Shown here: one piece after another, positions 11,986 to 24,450 of the stretch
Layout of the letters: each line of letters begins with the position of its first letter
Numbering within the stretch: position 1 is the stretch's first letter
Assembly: GCF_048593235.1 (NCBI RefSeq)
Contig: NC_133622.1
Coordinates: 216,101,198-216,165,197 of the forward strand
Direction: 5' to 3'
Length of the DNA stretch: 64,000 nt
DNA from: Sminthopsis crassicaudata
Taxonomy: Eukaryota
Program-made: the position numbers and the translations under genes
The notes under the pieces: generated by a model
Seen by the model: the letters and a program-made list of their open reading frames with translations, nothing else
The model's database searches: none
Told to the model about the DNA's origin: nothing

Positions 11986-13485
11986 TTTTAAAATGGATAA
12001 ACTGTTTTACCCAGCTTATTCGTTGTGCTGAACAAAATTTGATTCTGCATGCCCATACCTATCAAATATCCAAAGTTTCAAGATCTATCTTGACTTACCT
12101 GTAAATTATGGGTCTAAAATCAAATTCCCACCATTTTCTGCTTGAAAAACCCTCCTGACCCATCTACCTGACTAAATTCTACAAATCACTTAAGGACTCA
12201 TTGGACATCAGATCAGTCCTTTGGGCAACTGTCTCTTATTGCTGTAGACCTCAAAAATTCCTTTTGTTCTCAATTCCAACTTTGCTCCAATGAATATTTA
12301 TAGGATTATTGGATAAGAGATTTAGAGGTAGAAGAGATGTTAGAAGTCACCTAGACCAGTTCTCTTTTTATATAGATGAGGAAGCTGAGGATCTGAAAGC
12401 GGAAATAGTTTGCCCAAGGTTACACAAATAATAATCAATATCACACAGGTAGATATGGGATTAGAACTCAGGCCCTGATACTCTTTATTCAGCATTCTTG
12501 CCATTGTACCATGTATTGATTTAAATGCCTATAAATCATGTTATTCAGATCCAAGTCCTAATATAGCTAAACTACAGCTGTTAAAAGTTTCCATTCCCTT
12601 TCAAAGTTTTCAAGCTTATCATTGGATTACCCTTAAGGGTCACTGAGACACCCCCATAGTTCCACTCCTAGATGGCAATAATACCTATTAAAATATCAGT
12701 AATAATTTGCATATATATCTATATACATAGATAAAGACAAAGCTATATCATTCTACTCTTTATAGAGTACATTCCTAGTACATATTAAGTATTTTAGATA
12801 ACTCACTAGGATAATTAGAATAAGTATTATTATTCCCATTTTACAGATGAAGAACCTGAGACCTAGAGTGGTTCAGGGATTTGCCCATAGTTGCATAACT
12901 AGAATTTAAATAAAAATCTTAGGCTCTTTATCTCATATCTCCCATATTCTATCACACCCTTCCCTATATGCCCCACTCTTATCCCATATCTCTTTTCCTC
13001 TTTATAGATGGCTGAGTGGTCAAGTGGATAAGTTCCTTGATTTGAAGTCAAGAAGACTTAGTTCAAATTTGGCCTCAGACACTTATTAGCTAGATGACTC
13101 TGGGGCACTCACTTAATCTCTTTTTCTTCATCTTTAAAATGGGGGTGATTATAGCACTGACTTCCCATGGTTATAAGAATATAATGAAGGATTTTTTAAA
13201 AGTGCTTCATAAATCATAAACAGCTATGTAAATATTCTTGTTGTTTGCTGTTGTTATTGTTGATGATGATGATGGCCACTTAAAATATATTTTCTTGGGG
13301 AAAAAGTTGTCAAATCTTACTGTTCCCACCTCCCTCTCTGCTGTCTTCCACAGTAGGTAGATATTTATTTCTCCCTCTCTCACAATCCCCACTGATTCTC
13401 ATTGTCACTCAACTCAGTGAACATCACAAAGTACCTACTATGTGTATAAAAATTAAATCATTTAATTTTCCTTTGTTTCTTTCAG

Positions 13486-13566
13486 GTGTTTAAAAGGATA
13501 TGTCAACAGCAGTTTGTCAGTGTTTGACCTAAGTGAACTTGGCACCGGGCACTCCGGTTACTGCAG
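13486..13566 (+). CDS. ANO3: Anoctamin-3 coding exon (about exon 25)
   Basis: Acceptor tttctttcag|G, donor TGCAG|gtatct; 81 nt, phase 2-2. Encodes (R)[26 protein letters not shown](R). Confidence 0.95.
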
Positions 13567-13745
13567 GTATCTATTTTGGGCTCTTTTTAGTTTTCCATTA
13601 TGTTTTGCCTTACTCCTCCTTCCTCCGGGTAGCCTAATGAAGCCTTTTGAATGGTTTGGCTTTGAACCTTTTGAAAATTGGGAACCTTTCAGGCCTGTCC
13701 ACTCTCTCCTGTGTACTTCATGCTCCTTGGTTTTGTGGATTTCAG

Positions 13746-13851
13746 GTATCGAGACTACAGAGCCCCACCGTGGAGTAACAACCCTTATGAATTAACCTTG
13801 CAATTCTGGCATGTCCTTGCGGCTCGCTTGGCCTTCATCATCGTGTTTGAG
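13746..13851 (+). CDS. ANO3: Anoctamin-3 coding exon (about exon 26)
   Basis: Acceptor gatttcag|G, donor GAG|gtaaag; 106 nt, phase 2-0. Encodes (R)[35 protein letters not shown]. Confidence 0.96.
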
Positions 13852-14726
13852 GTAAAGCAGAGATCAAAAAGAAAAGGCCGGATCAATGATTATAATTTCT
13901 GTTTTTATAGACAATGTTTTTCTTCTACAAACTTTATTATCATCATTTTACAGAATGCAAAACAAATTTAAATGGGTCACACAACAAGTAAACATCAGAA
14001 TCACACTATTAAATTTCTGGGCTTGAGATGATATTCAAACCTGAGTCTGTGCCAGATTTTCTCTCCATTTGTGCCTCTTTGTCACATTGTTTATTTCCCA
14101 TAAACTTAACTCAACATTTAATAAACGCCCACCATGGAAAAGATAACCATATAAGGTACAGAGGATAGAGAGAGAGCAAAATGCTGTCTCCTCCTTGCAG
14201 GTATTTAGAATAAGGAGATTATTACATGCACATAGCTAACTATGGTAGAAGAGTTATACAGAAAGTTGAGGAAGTCCAGATAAAGTGCTTTGAAAATGTT
14301 GATAAATGCAGAGATCCATTGCAGCTGGTAGTGTCAGGCTAGACTTCTTAAAAGAGATTCATAAATTATACCTTAAAGGAAAAGAAAAAAATTTAATAGT
14401 TGATATCGGGCTTGTAATGGGATTGAAAGGGAGGCAATACCTTCTGGATAAGTATGTCTGCATTAGCAGGAAATGAACAACTATATCAGGTGCAGCTAAG
14501 TGGCCCAGTGGAGCTATTGCTGTATTTACAGTCAAGAATATCCAAATTCAAATCTGTCCTTAGACACTTACTAACTTTGTGACCTAGGAAAATCAACCTT
14601 TATTTAAGTTTTTCCAGCTATAAGATGGGGATTTTAATAGCACTAATCCTCACAAGATTGTTGTGAAAATCAAATAAGATAATATTTTTAAAGCACTTAG
14701 CTCAGTACCTGACACATAGTAGGTTC

Positions 14727-15375
14727 TTTTTTTTTTATGGTAGTAACTGTATTTCTTTTTAATGCACATTCCTTTATGAATCATGTTGGGGGATAAAAAA
14801 TGAGATCAAAAGGGAAAAACCAAGGGAGAGAGAAAAAATAGGAAAAAAAGAAGTGAATATAGCATATGTTAATTTACATTCAGTCTTCTTAGATCTTTTT
14901 CTGGATACAGATGGCATTTTCTGCCCAAAGTCTATTGGGATTGCTTTGGATCACCAAACTGCTGGAAGAACCAAGGCTTTCATAGTTGATCATTATGCAT
15001 TCTTATTATTATTGTGTACAATGTATTCCTGGTTCTGCTTGTTCCACTCAGCAGCAGTTCATGTAAATCTTTCCAGGCCTTTCTAAAATCAACTTGTTCA
15101 TCATTTTTATAGAATAATTATATTCCATTACCTTCATGTACCACACCTTGTTCAGCCAATCCCCCAACCACTCCTTTTCCAATTCTTTGCTATCGCAAAA
15201 AGAGCAGCTACAGACAATTTTGCATGTGTGAGCCCTTTTCCCTCCTTATCATGATTTCCTTGAGATTCAGATCCAATAATGGCACTGCTGGCCCAAAGAG
15301 TATGCACAGTTTTCATAGCCCTTTGGGCTAGTTCCAGATTGCTCTCCAGAATGGTTGTATCATTTCTCAACTCTA
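14727..15375 (-). mobile_element. L1 3' fragment nested in an older MIR/L2 tail
   Basis: Poly-T start and reversed L1 3' UTR and ORF2 end (ccaattctttgctatcgcaaaaagagcagct). The host motif cacatagtaggttctt recurs at about 14712 and 15381 as a probable TSD. Confidence 0.8.
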
Positions 15376-18132
15376 GCAACACATATAGTAGTAGGTTCTT
15401 AAGAAATACTTGTTTCCTTCTTTCCTTCCTAATATTTATTAGAAATGATATATTCAATGGCTGTTAGGCTTACAATGGCTATATCCAATGGCTGTAATGT
15501 CTATCTTCATCTTCTTAGCATTTCTTCTTCATTTGATATCCTTCTAGTACCCCTTTCTTGAAATTCTTGTCCAGTTAGGTTTCAGCTCCCAAATTCTTCT
15601 CATACTTCTTCAAATACCTTCTCTATATTTCTTCTCCCACCACTATCACCATCTAAATATATAACTCTTCCCTATGGAGGATCTGGTTACTTTTCACTCT
15701 CCAAGAGTCATTGAAACTATGAGAATCCCATACTCTTTGGGTCAATGACTCTGAAATCTATGACTTTTTTTTAATGCTTGCCATTGTTATCAAATTTATA
15801 TTCACTACTCATAGAGATCAGCTAAGAGCTCATGTGAACTTAGCTTCTGCCTTCAGAAAATGTATGTCCTATGGTAGAGGCAGCCCTTTTACCCACATTT
15901 ATATCGCTACTTTCTAGACTCTCTCACTGAGTCAACTGTGTATCAAATATATCCTGATTAAATTTGTTTCTACCCCCACAAACAGTCACCCCTTTACATC
16001 TATAGCATTTATCTAAGTGGAGCTGCCATTGTTTCAATCCAGACCTGGGGACATTAGTCTTTTTTTTTTTTTTTTTTTTCCATTTTGTTGATCACTGACT
16101 TAAGGCAAGGCTTTATTGCTTTTGATAACTTCTCAGTTGACAAAGTTACCTGCAATCTTTTCCCACTTCATATTGTTAACCCTCAAAAGAGAGCCCTTTC
16201 GTGATGATGTGACTGCAGAGAGACAGTGTCATGTAGTCCTTTCACCAGAATTAGAGTTGGCTACAAGGTCAGGAAGGTCCCATCTTTGACATACATTCTT
16301 TGACTATGATCTTAAGAAGGATCTCAGTTTCTAAGTTATGTATTCTACGCAACTTTTCCGGATTGTCAATTGTAAAAGTAATGATCTGCATTGATAGAGG
16401 GAGCTTCCTCACCTCCACAATTCCCTGTTCCAAAAAAAAAAATCAAAGATTCAGTCCAAAGACTAGTACCAAGCATCAGGCTACATATGGGGATATAAAT
16501 GGAATTCAGCAAAACATTCTTTGACCCAGAAGAGCTTCCATCTAATGTTGGGAGACGATATATAAAGTTAGCTGGTTAAGCTTATCAGTATGGACGCAGC
16601 CAGGAAGAAGGGTAGAAGCCTAAATATGGGAAAGAGAAAAAAAAAAGAAAAAAAAAACTGATCAATCAGAGCCCTGGAAAGTTTCACACCTCCAGGGCAG
16701 TAATTGCCATAAAATTAGCATTTATAACATGCTTTGCAATTTATAAAGTAATTTATCTAAATGTATCTCCTTGGAACCTCATAACAACGATGTGCAGTTA
16801 TTACATGCCCGTGGCTACATAGCTTAGCTGCTGTCAGAAGTGGGATTTGAACTCAGGTCTTCCTATTCTTAGAACTGTGATATCTCCTGGGACACATTGT
16901 TGTTGCCAGATCCTATTTTATAGTGAGTGAGGACAGTATATTTCTGTACATTTTGGAATGGAGCAGACATTTTAAATGTTTATAGATTATGGCGTATTTT
17001 GCTTGTAGGACACATCCTTGGATGTATTAAAAATAAATCTGGACTCCTGGATAGGCTCCAGATTTTGGTCCCTGTCTTTCGACTAATTCAGAGTATGCAA
17101 CTATAAAAAAAGTTACTTTTCCTCTTTGATTTTTTCCTGTTTCTTTCTGTAAAATAGGGAGACTAGTGTTTATCCTCTTTATCTTACCGTTTTATTGGGA
17201 AGATCATTTGTCCTTCCTTGCTACTATAGAGCTTAATTTCTTCATCTGCAAAATGAAAAGATTGGACTGGATGTTGAATCCTGACATTCTATGGTCCCAT
17301 GATCCTACGGGGCACAGCAATGGTGTGATGGATATAAAAGCGTCAGTGTTGGAGTCACAGAAGACTCCAAATGTCAAGTCCTTCCTTTGACACTTATGGC
17401 TGTGTGATTCTGGGTGAATCACCTCACCTGTTTCACCCTAGGAAACTTCATTAGTAAAGGAATTTCCTGTTCAGAAACTTCTCCAAATGAATACAATTAT
17501 AAGCCCAGAAGAAAAAAAATTAAAATAACTATTAATTGTTTGATACTGATTAATTGGCCCAACTACACTGACCTTGTTCATTTAGGAAAATTCAAGGATA
17601 TGCTAAAATACTTCTTGCCAGCTTATAAGAGCTGATGGTTAAATTTTAAGAGGGAGCTTTTGCATCTCAGGAATCAGTAAAGATCGCCAATCAGGACTTG
17701 ACTTATTATTTTATTGATTGTCTAAATTAAAGAAAGTGATGGAGAAAATGTTAATGATGCAGATTAAATTTTAATGTGTGTCTTGTGTGCATTTTTTTTC
17801 CTGGGAAGAAATCCCTGGAAAATGCCATCTGTTTACAGAAGAGAGTTTCAGAAATGCAATGTAGCAAGAAATTCCCAGCAGGAAGTTCTCCTAAACCTTC
17901 AGTAAGATTCCTGCATAGACCAGATTCCAGGGATAGATATCTGCTTGCCTGCCCTTCATACAACAAAGATTTGAAGGAACTCAAATTCTTTGTCCTCTTA
18001 AGCCATAAAGAGGAAGCATTTATCTTATCTTGAGCTGTGTCTTTGATATATGATCAATCCCTTGTACATAGTGTTACTTTATAAACATTTATTGAGTTCA
18101 GCTATATGGAAGTGATCTGAATTTCTAACAAA

Positions 18133-18265
18133 GGTAGCTAGATGGTGCTGTAGATTGAATACCAGCCCTGAAGTTAAGACCGAGTTCAAATTTGGCCTCA
18201 GACATTTAACACTTCCTAGCTGTGTGGCCCTGAATGGAGTCACTTAATCCCAATTGCTTTGCGAA
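18133..18265 (+). mobile_element. WSINE1-like CORE-SINE
   Basis: ggtagctagatgg...cgagttcaaatttggcctcagacatttaacacttcctagctgtgtg...cacttaatcccaattgc. Confidence 0.85.
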
Positions 18266-18480
18266 ATAGAGAAAGACAGAAATAGAGAGAAAAGGATCTC
18301 TGAGACTTGTCGCATTTACATCTCATTTTTATGTAAGGTTTTGATATATTTTGAAAGATAATATTTCTGCCATGTGTCCCATGTATACTTATTCAATCTA
18401 TTGTTAACAGAATTATCCTTTTATCATTCCTGGTATTCTAAATTTAAGCTTCACAAGTTGTTGTTGTTGTTGTTTTCCCC

Positions 18481-18616
18481 CTGAGGCAATTGGGGTTAAG
18501 TGACTTGCCCAGAGTCACACAGCTGGGAAATGTTAAGTGTCTAAGGTTGAATTTGAATTCAGGTCCTCCTGACTTCAGGGCCAGTGTTCTATCCACTGTG
18601 CCATTTAGCTGCCCCC
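18481..18616 (-). mobile_element. WSINE1-like CORE-SINE
   Basis: Full-length reverse copy ending in tagctgccccc, with a (ttg)n/T tail to its left. Confidence 0.88.
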
Positions 18617-19344
18617 TCAGGTACTTTTTTAATGATCAATAAAGATAGTAATGACAAAGTATTTAGTTATGTAGGATACTAAATTGATCACTGAATCATC
18701 AATCATAAATCTGTTTACTCACCAACGTAATCCAAAAGGAACAGGTCTGGAATAAAATTAATAATAGTACATTCTAAAAAAAGAGTTAGTGTATATTTTC
18801 TTCATCAAAACTCCAAAAGACTCTTGGTGCAAGGCTTAGTCACATTTTCAGGTAATAATAGGTAGCATGGCACTATGGGAAAAGAGGCTGACCTCAGAGT
18901 CAGGAAGATCTAGGAGAGTCCACCTCCTGACACTTCATGGCTAAGTGACTGTAGGAAAACCAGCCATTCTTTAACTTGAAGAGATGGTACCAATCTGAAA
19001 TGGTAGCGGAAGCTCCCTGTCCTTTGATTTCTTTCTCTTAATAAAAGCATAGATTTTGACCTTATTCTTTAGTGGGACTCCCACAAATGAGGAAGCAGAC
19101 TCAGAGAATGGACTTTTCCAAGATCACTTAGCTTGTGAGTGTCAGAACCGGGGTTAAAACACGGTGTCCAGATCTCCTATCCAGTCCTCCCTTTCTTCAA
19201 CTGAGTTCAGCTGAACTCTCAAAGATGTTTTCTCTCATCCATTCCTGGTTCAACATGTTCTGCTCTTGTATGTGCATGGTTAGTTTCCTAGTTATTTCTC
19301 TTAAGTCTTCAAAAACTGTCTTTCCCCACCTTTTTCATTTTCAG

Positions 19345-19527
19345 CACCTGGTTTTTGGAATAAAGTCTTTCATTGCTTACCTGATTCCTGACATGCCCAA
19401 AGATTTGTCTGACCGAGTAAGGCGGGAGAAGTACTTAGTCCAAGAAATGATGTATGATGCGGAACTGGAGCATTTGCAGAAACAGAGGAAATATCACGGG
19501 AAGCAGTATCACCAAGAGTGGCCTTAG
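19345..19527 (+). CDS. ANO3: Anoctamin-3 terminal coding exon with stop
   Basis: Acceptor ttttcattttcag|CAC; 183 nt to TAG. Encodes [76 protein letters not shown] and ELEHLQ match ANO3 better than ANO4, and SLC5A12 is the neighbour. Confidence 0.95.
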   Translation, partial: HLVFGIKSFIAYLIPDMPKDLSDRVRREKYLVQEMMYDAELEHLQKQRKYHGKQYHQEWP

Positions 19528-20150
19528 CCAATCCCAGAGCCCCAGGAGAGACTGAGCCATCAGTAGGGATGGAAGATTCTGGCTTCCTGTTCCCTGCAGA
19601 GACTCGTGGGGAAGCCTACCACTGAATATGTGTGGAAACTGTGGACTGAGTGAGGAATGATTGAATCGCAGCCTTTTCTATAATTTGGGAAATCCGGGCT
19701 CCTGAGGAGGCCAAAGAAGAGCTCCCACCCAGTGTGGCTGTGGGCTCAGGTCAGCACTGACCCAACGGAGCCGGTAAAAGAGTCTCCCTAAATCATCCGG
19801 CTTTGGGGAATTTCTAGGACAGTGCAAAAAGGTTGGAGTTCTGAGCCCAGCAAGGGTACTGTGTAGATGTTCACAATCAGAGCATGCTGGACATCACCAT
19901 GTGGTCTCTTTTCTCCAGCTCCCCTTCCCGTTGCCCAGTCGTGATGCTTTCCATGAAGTTGTCAAAGGAGCTGTTGGCTGCTGTCGCTCGATGTCCTTCC
20001 TCTGCAGACTTCCTGTTCAGTACGAGTCGCCCTGGCCTCTCTTTGTCATCCTGTGTGCCACAACAGAATATGCGCCGTTGAATGTTAACTATGCAGTTAA
20101 AAATTGCATGATACTTTTCCTTTGTCTCTTTTTTAAGATTAGACCAAAAA

Positions 20151-20278
20151 ATTAAAATAAAAACAAACAAACCCGACAGCAGTGCTACACATTGAGAGAA
20201 AGGGAAACAGCCTTGCTCAGCTCCCGTATCTTTGGGGAATGATGTGGTGAGCTGAATGTTATTTTTATTTTCAATAAA
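20151..20278 (+). promoter_or_regulatory. Candidate proximal ANO3 polyadenylation signals
   Basis: ATTAAA 20151-20156 overlapping AATAAA 20156-20161, and AATAAA 20273-20278, 0.6-0.75 kb after the stop. The true 3' end may be more distal. Confidence 0.3.
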
Positions 20279-21391
20279 AAGTAGCCGGAGTCTTCTACAT
20301 TGATGAGAGGATCGGTGTTTTCTATGACATTCAAAAGAGGAAAAATTCCAAGTTCTTATTTAGCTCATTTTGTCAGGATAAGGTCAATAGGAGTTTTCCT
20401 TTTAATCTTTTGGGAAAGCCATCCCTGAATGTCACCGTGAAATTATGTAAATATTTCCCCCTTTTTTGTTGTACAGTGGCTCATCAACGGTGTGTAATCT
20501 CTAGCTCATAGGGCCACAAGACCCACTCTAGATCATTCCCTTTTGTCTTCTTTGTTCAGGGAAAGAGAAGCTAGATGATCTGCACGGGTTTGGCTCCTCT
20601 TTTAGAGATGTATGCACTCTCTTTCACTGCATGAACTTAACTAAATATTATGGCTAGAACTAGATTTTTGTGAGCTTTGCTTTCTTCTCGAATCAATCAT
20701 TTTTGTTTTATTTTGTTTTTGAGACATCACACAAGACGTAATGGAAGATGAGGGAAAAGGTACACGTTGGCTTTATATATGTAGAGCTACAGGAGCAAAA
20801 GTCAGGGCCACTTGAGTTCAGATGATTTCAATGTGAAGAATGGTCTCTGTGAATTACAGTAAACCAACACCATAGAGCATTCAAAGAAATGCAGTAGAAT
20901 GACTACCTTGTGGTGTCTGTTGGAAGAGAGAAGCATGAAAAAATCAGAACAATTCTTTTCCTCTATCAAAAAAAAAAAAAAAATCAAAGCTAATCCTCAC
21001 TGTTTTGTAGAAAATCTTTACAATAATAATGTTCCTTTTAGATTAATTTCCTATCTTTGTTCTCACTGAGAATTGCTTCCCAAAGTTTCCAGATTGAAAA
21101 CCATGTGGGAGTTCAGAATGAGAGTTGTGGAAATTGATTTTTTTTTTCCCCATAGCTATATTAGATACAGATATTAGGATTAACTTTCTTGTTCTTGGAA
21201 GCTGTTTCTATTATAATGACACCAAAATGATCTCTTTTTCCTCCTTTACTTTTAGAAGAATGCCAACAAATGAAAGTGAAAATATATATGAACTGTTTGG
21301 TTAAAGAAAGAGCAAAGCTTATAACCCTGTTCTTTAAAACAGGAAGATTCTTATATATCTCTTTTCCTAACACTTGTAAGCAAGTGATAGC

Positions 21392-21581
21392 CAGTGGTCC
21401 TCAAACTTTTAAAATAGGGGGCCAGTTCACTGTCCCTCAGACTGTGGGAAGGCCGGATTATAGTAAAAACAAAAACACACACTGTCTCCGCCCCTCAGCC
21501 CATTTGCCATAACCCAGCGGGCCGCATAAACGTCCTCCACTGGCTGCATCTGGCCTGAGGACCATAGTTTGAGAACCCCTG
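21392..21581 (+). mobile_element. Non-autonomous hAT MITE, OposCharlie1 (OC1)-like
   Basis: 190 bp with 16-bp TIRs cagtggtcctcaaact and agtttgagaacccctg (14/16 paired). The internal sequence gggggccagttcactgtccctcagac...gggccgcataaacgtcctc matches recalled OC1 non-autonomous elements. No clean 8-bp TSD. Confidence 0.8.
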
Positions 21582-22827
21582 GTCTACCCCATCTGCTCCA
21601 AAGATTGCTCTCCTTTCCCTCATCGAGTTATAAATTTATCTTGCTATAAATTTATCCAACAACCATCATAAATTCCACCCAGGAGTTTAGTACCACCATG
21701 TAGTAGAACACTATCTTTCCTTCCTACTTAGTTGTACGTATGCACCTTTTGGGAAACATACCTAGACTATATGCCCAGTTAAATTTATATATGTGACCTT
21801 TGTGTCTTGAAACTCAATGGGTCTTAATGGGCACAAGGCAGAAATAGTTTTTCTCTGAAACGACTCTAAACACAGAACAATGTTGGAGGTTGTTATTTTA
21901 ATTTCTTTAGTCTTTCTAGTGCCCTCCCTAATGCCCCAACACAATATGGAACATGTAATTTTTAAAAATCTGACACATAATGCTAATTAAAAATAGAAAA
22001 ATTGATCATATTTTCATTAAAATTGTGGTTTTTAAAAATTAATTATTTCTTGAATTAAAAAAAAAGAGGGAACTTGAAGAAGAAATATTAAAATAATACT
22101 TAAAATTTCCCTGAGCGATATATTGGATTATCAGTGGGTATTGTTTCAGCAATCATTGAAGGTCTGTGAATTCAGTGACAGATCAATAATGCTTTAGTTA
22201 GCAGACATGTTTGGCTGAATAGCCTAACATGTGGTTTTTTATCTAGAATGCACATTATTTTACAAAGATATACAGCACATATTCTTCTCAGGAATTCTGT
22301 ATTACACGAATGCAGTCAAAATATATTTTTCATATCCTACATCAATGTTTTTTGCAAACAATTGATCCATACCTATGCATGTGGGCTGCCTTGTCAAGCT
22401 GTCCAAAGATCCTGGGCCTTCTTTCCAAATCAAAGTTTGTGAAAAATCTATTTGAGATTATAGCTGATTGAGTCTATGATCCTCTTGGTCTATGCATGCA
22501 CTTTGGGGGCAAACTTGAGAGAATGCATGATCAGGCATGGCATTTGAACACCATGATTCCAAAATGTGTCTGTGACGCCTCACATAATGTCATGCTAGAG
22601 TGGGATGAACAGGAGTCTTTTTCAATCAATAAATTATTTACTATGACTATTCTTTTCCATTATGTTTTTGTTACAATTGTCGATAAGCAAGGGATAATAC
22701 AGCTTGTAGTTTACAAATTATTCTCTCTCTCTCAAAAGAAGAAAGTTGGTTAACAAATACAAGGCTTCTTTTCCACCTATGTATTAGCACTACCCTAATC
22801 CCATTTACTACATTACTAATATTGAGT

Positions 22828-23015
22828 AATGTAGGTATGCTGAAAAGGGTTGTTTAACAACCGGCTCTCTGGGGTAAAAGAATTCACAACTCACTTTTAA
22901 ATTTAATCTGAATTTTTAACATTTTAACAGTCTAGACAATCAATAGAAAAATACATCAAGTCCTGATTTGTAGTGTAAATTCTCAACTTGAAGATTTAAC
23001 AATTGGCTTTTTTCA
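22828..23015 (-). mobile_element. MER63-like hAT-Blackjack remnant
   Basis: gtttaacaaccggctctc and aagtcctgatttgtag match the reverse complement of recalled MER63 motifs. Confidence 0.55.
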
Positions 23016-24209
23016 ATCAGAACTATCTTCAAAAGGCTCCTAGATCTAGGTGGTATTATGTATATAGTACTGGAATTGAAGACAAGAATGCCTGGGTTCA
23101 AATCCTGTCTTGTACATTTACTACTTAAGGAATTATGTACAAGTCATTTAACCTCTCTCAGCCTCAGTTTCCTCAACTGTAAAATGGAGATAATATCCCA
23201 TCTTTTAAGGTTCAAATAAAACCACTATCAAGGACTTAGCAGATTTGAAGCACTACAAAACATGAGATAAACATCAGCCCTAGAAGCCATCTTGCATCCC
23301 TTGCCTGGCACCTAAACATACTTTATTTACAACTTCTTTATTTTATAGATGAGAAAACTGAGTCCAGAAATAGGAAATTACTTGCTCAACTAAGTCAGGC
23401 TGCTAATTGGTTTGTTGGCAGATCCAATGAGCTATAAAGTACATATAGAATTTTGCAAACCTGAAAGAGACATAGAAATGCTAAGTAATGTGATTTTTTG
23501 GTCTACCTTCAAACAATAATCATTTATTAAGCACCAGCTATTTGATAGGCACTATGCTAAGCATAAGAAATAAATGTAAAAGATAGCCCCTGCTCTTGAT
23601 GAAGGATGAGGGTACTCATGGAGAGGTTAGACAGGTATGGGTGGGGTTCCATTCTCCAAAAGGTGCATGTTGGGAACACAGGAATTCACTAAACCCAAAG
23701 CCTATAGTAAAACGTTTTATTGTTAAAGAAACACCAAGAAAGATGCTCTTGAAGGGCATATCATTCTCAAGAAAGAAGTGATCTGCAAAGAGTAATTTTC
23801 TGAAGATCCATTTTATGCATGAGTCTAAGGGAACTTTCAGGTGAATGTGAAATCTTACTGAAGTTGTGACTTACCCCAAGAAAGCTTATCTTGCTTGGAG
23901 AGGATGTAAGACCATTTGGGTTTGTAGATCAAATGAGACATTTTTGGTGATTTTACATAAATTTACAGGGCTCACTCAGGTCATACAGAGGTTTACTCTC
24001 ATCACTCTCAAGGAGCTCATGGTCTAATAAAGGAGACAACAGATAAACAATTGTGTACAAAAAAGCAAAATGTAGGGTAAAGTGGAGATATTTAACAGAG
24101 GAAGGGACTAGCATTAAAAGATCTCAGGAAAGTCTTCCTGAAGAAGGTGAGTAACCGAGTAGCTGAAACTCAGGGCTGCAGGAGGTAGAGAAGTTTTCAA
24201 GAGTGAAGT

Positions 24210-24450
24210 GTTCAGTCATTTTTCAGTCATGTATGATTTTGGGGGACCCAAGTTGAGATTTTCTTGGCAAAGATTCTGGAGTAGTTTGCCATTTCCTTCT
24301 CCAGATGAGGAGATGAGGAAACTGAGGTAAACAGAATTAAGTGATCTGCCCAGGATCACATAGCTAGAAAGTTTCTAAGGCCAGACTTGAATTTAGGAAG
24401 ATCAATATTCCTGACTCCAGGTCCAGTACTCTACTTTGTCACCTAGGTGT
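24210..24450 (-). mobile_element. CORE-SINE (MIR3/Mar3-like)
   Basis: gattttcttggcaaag..gagtagtttgccatttccttctcc...gatgaggaaactgagg...cctgactccagg. Confidence 0.75.

Noticed and set aside
19345-19527. Assignment to ANO4 or another anoctamin
   Set aside because: [22 protein letters not shown] and adjacency to SLC5A12 fit ANO3.
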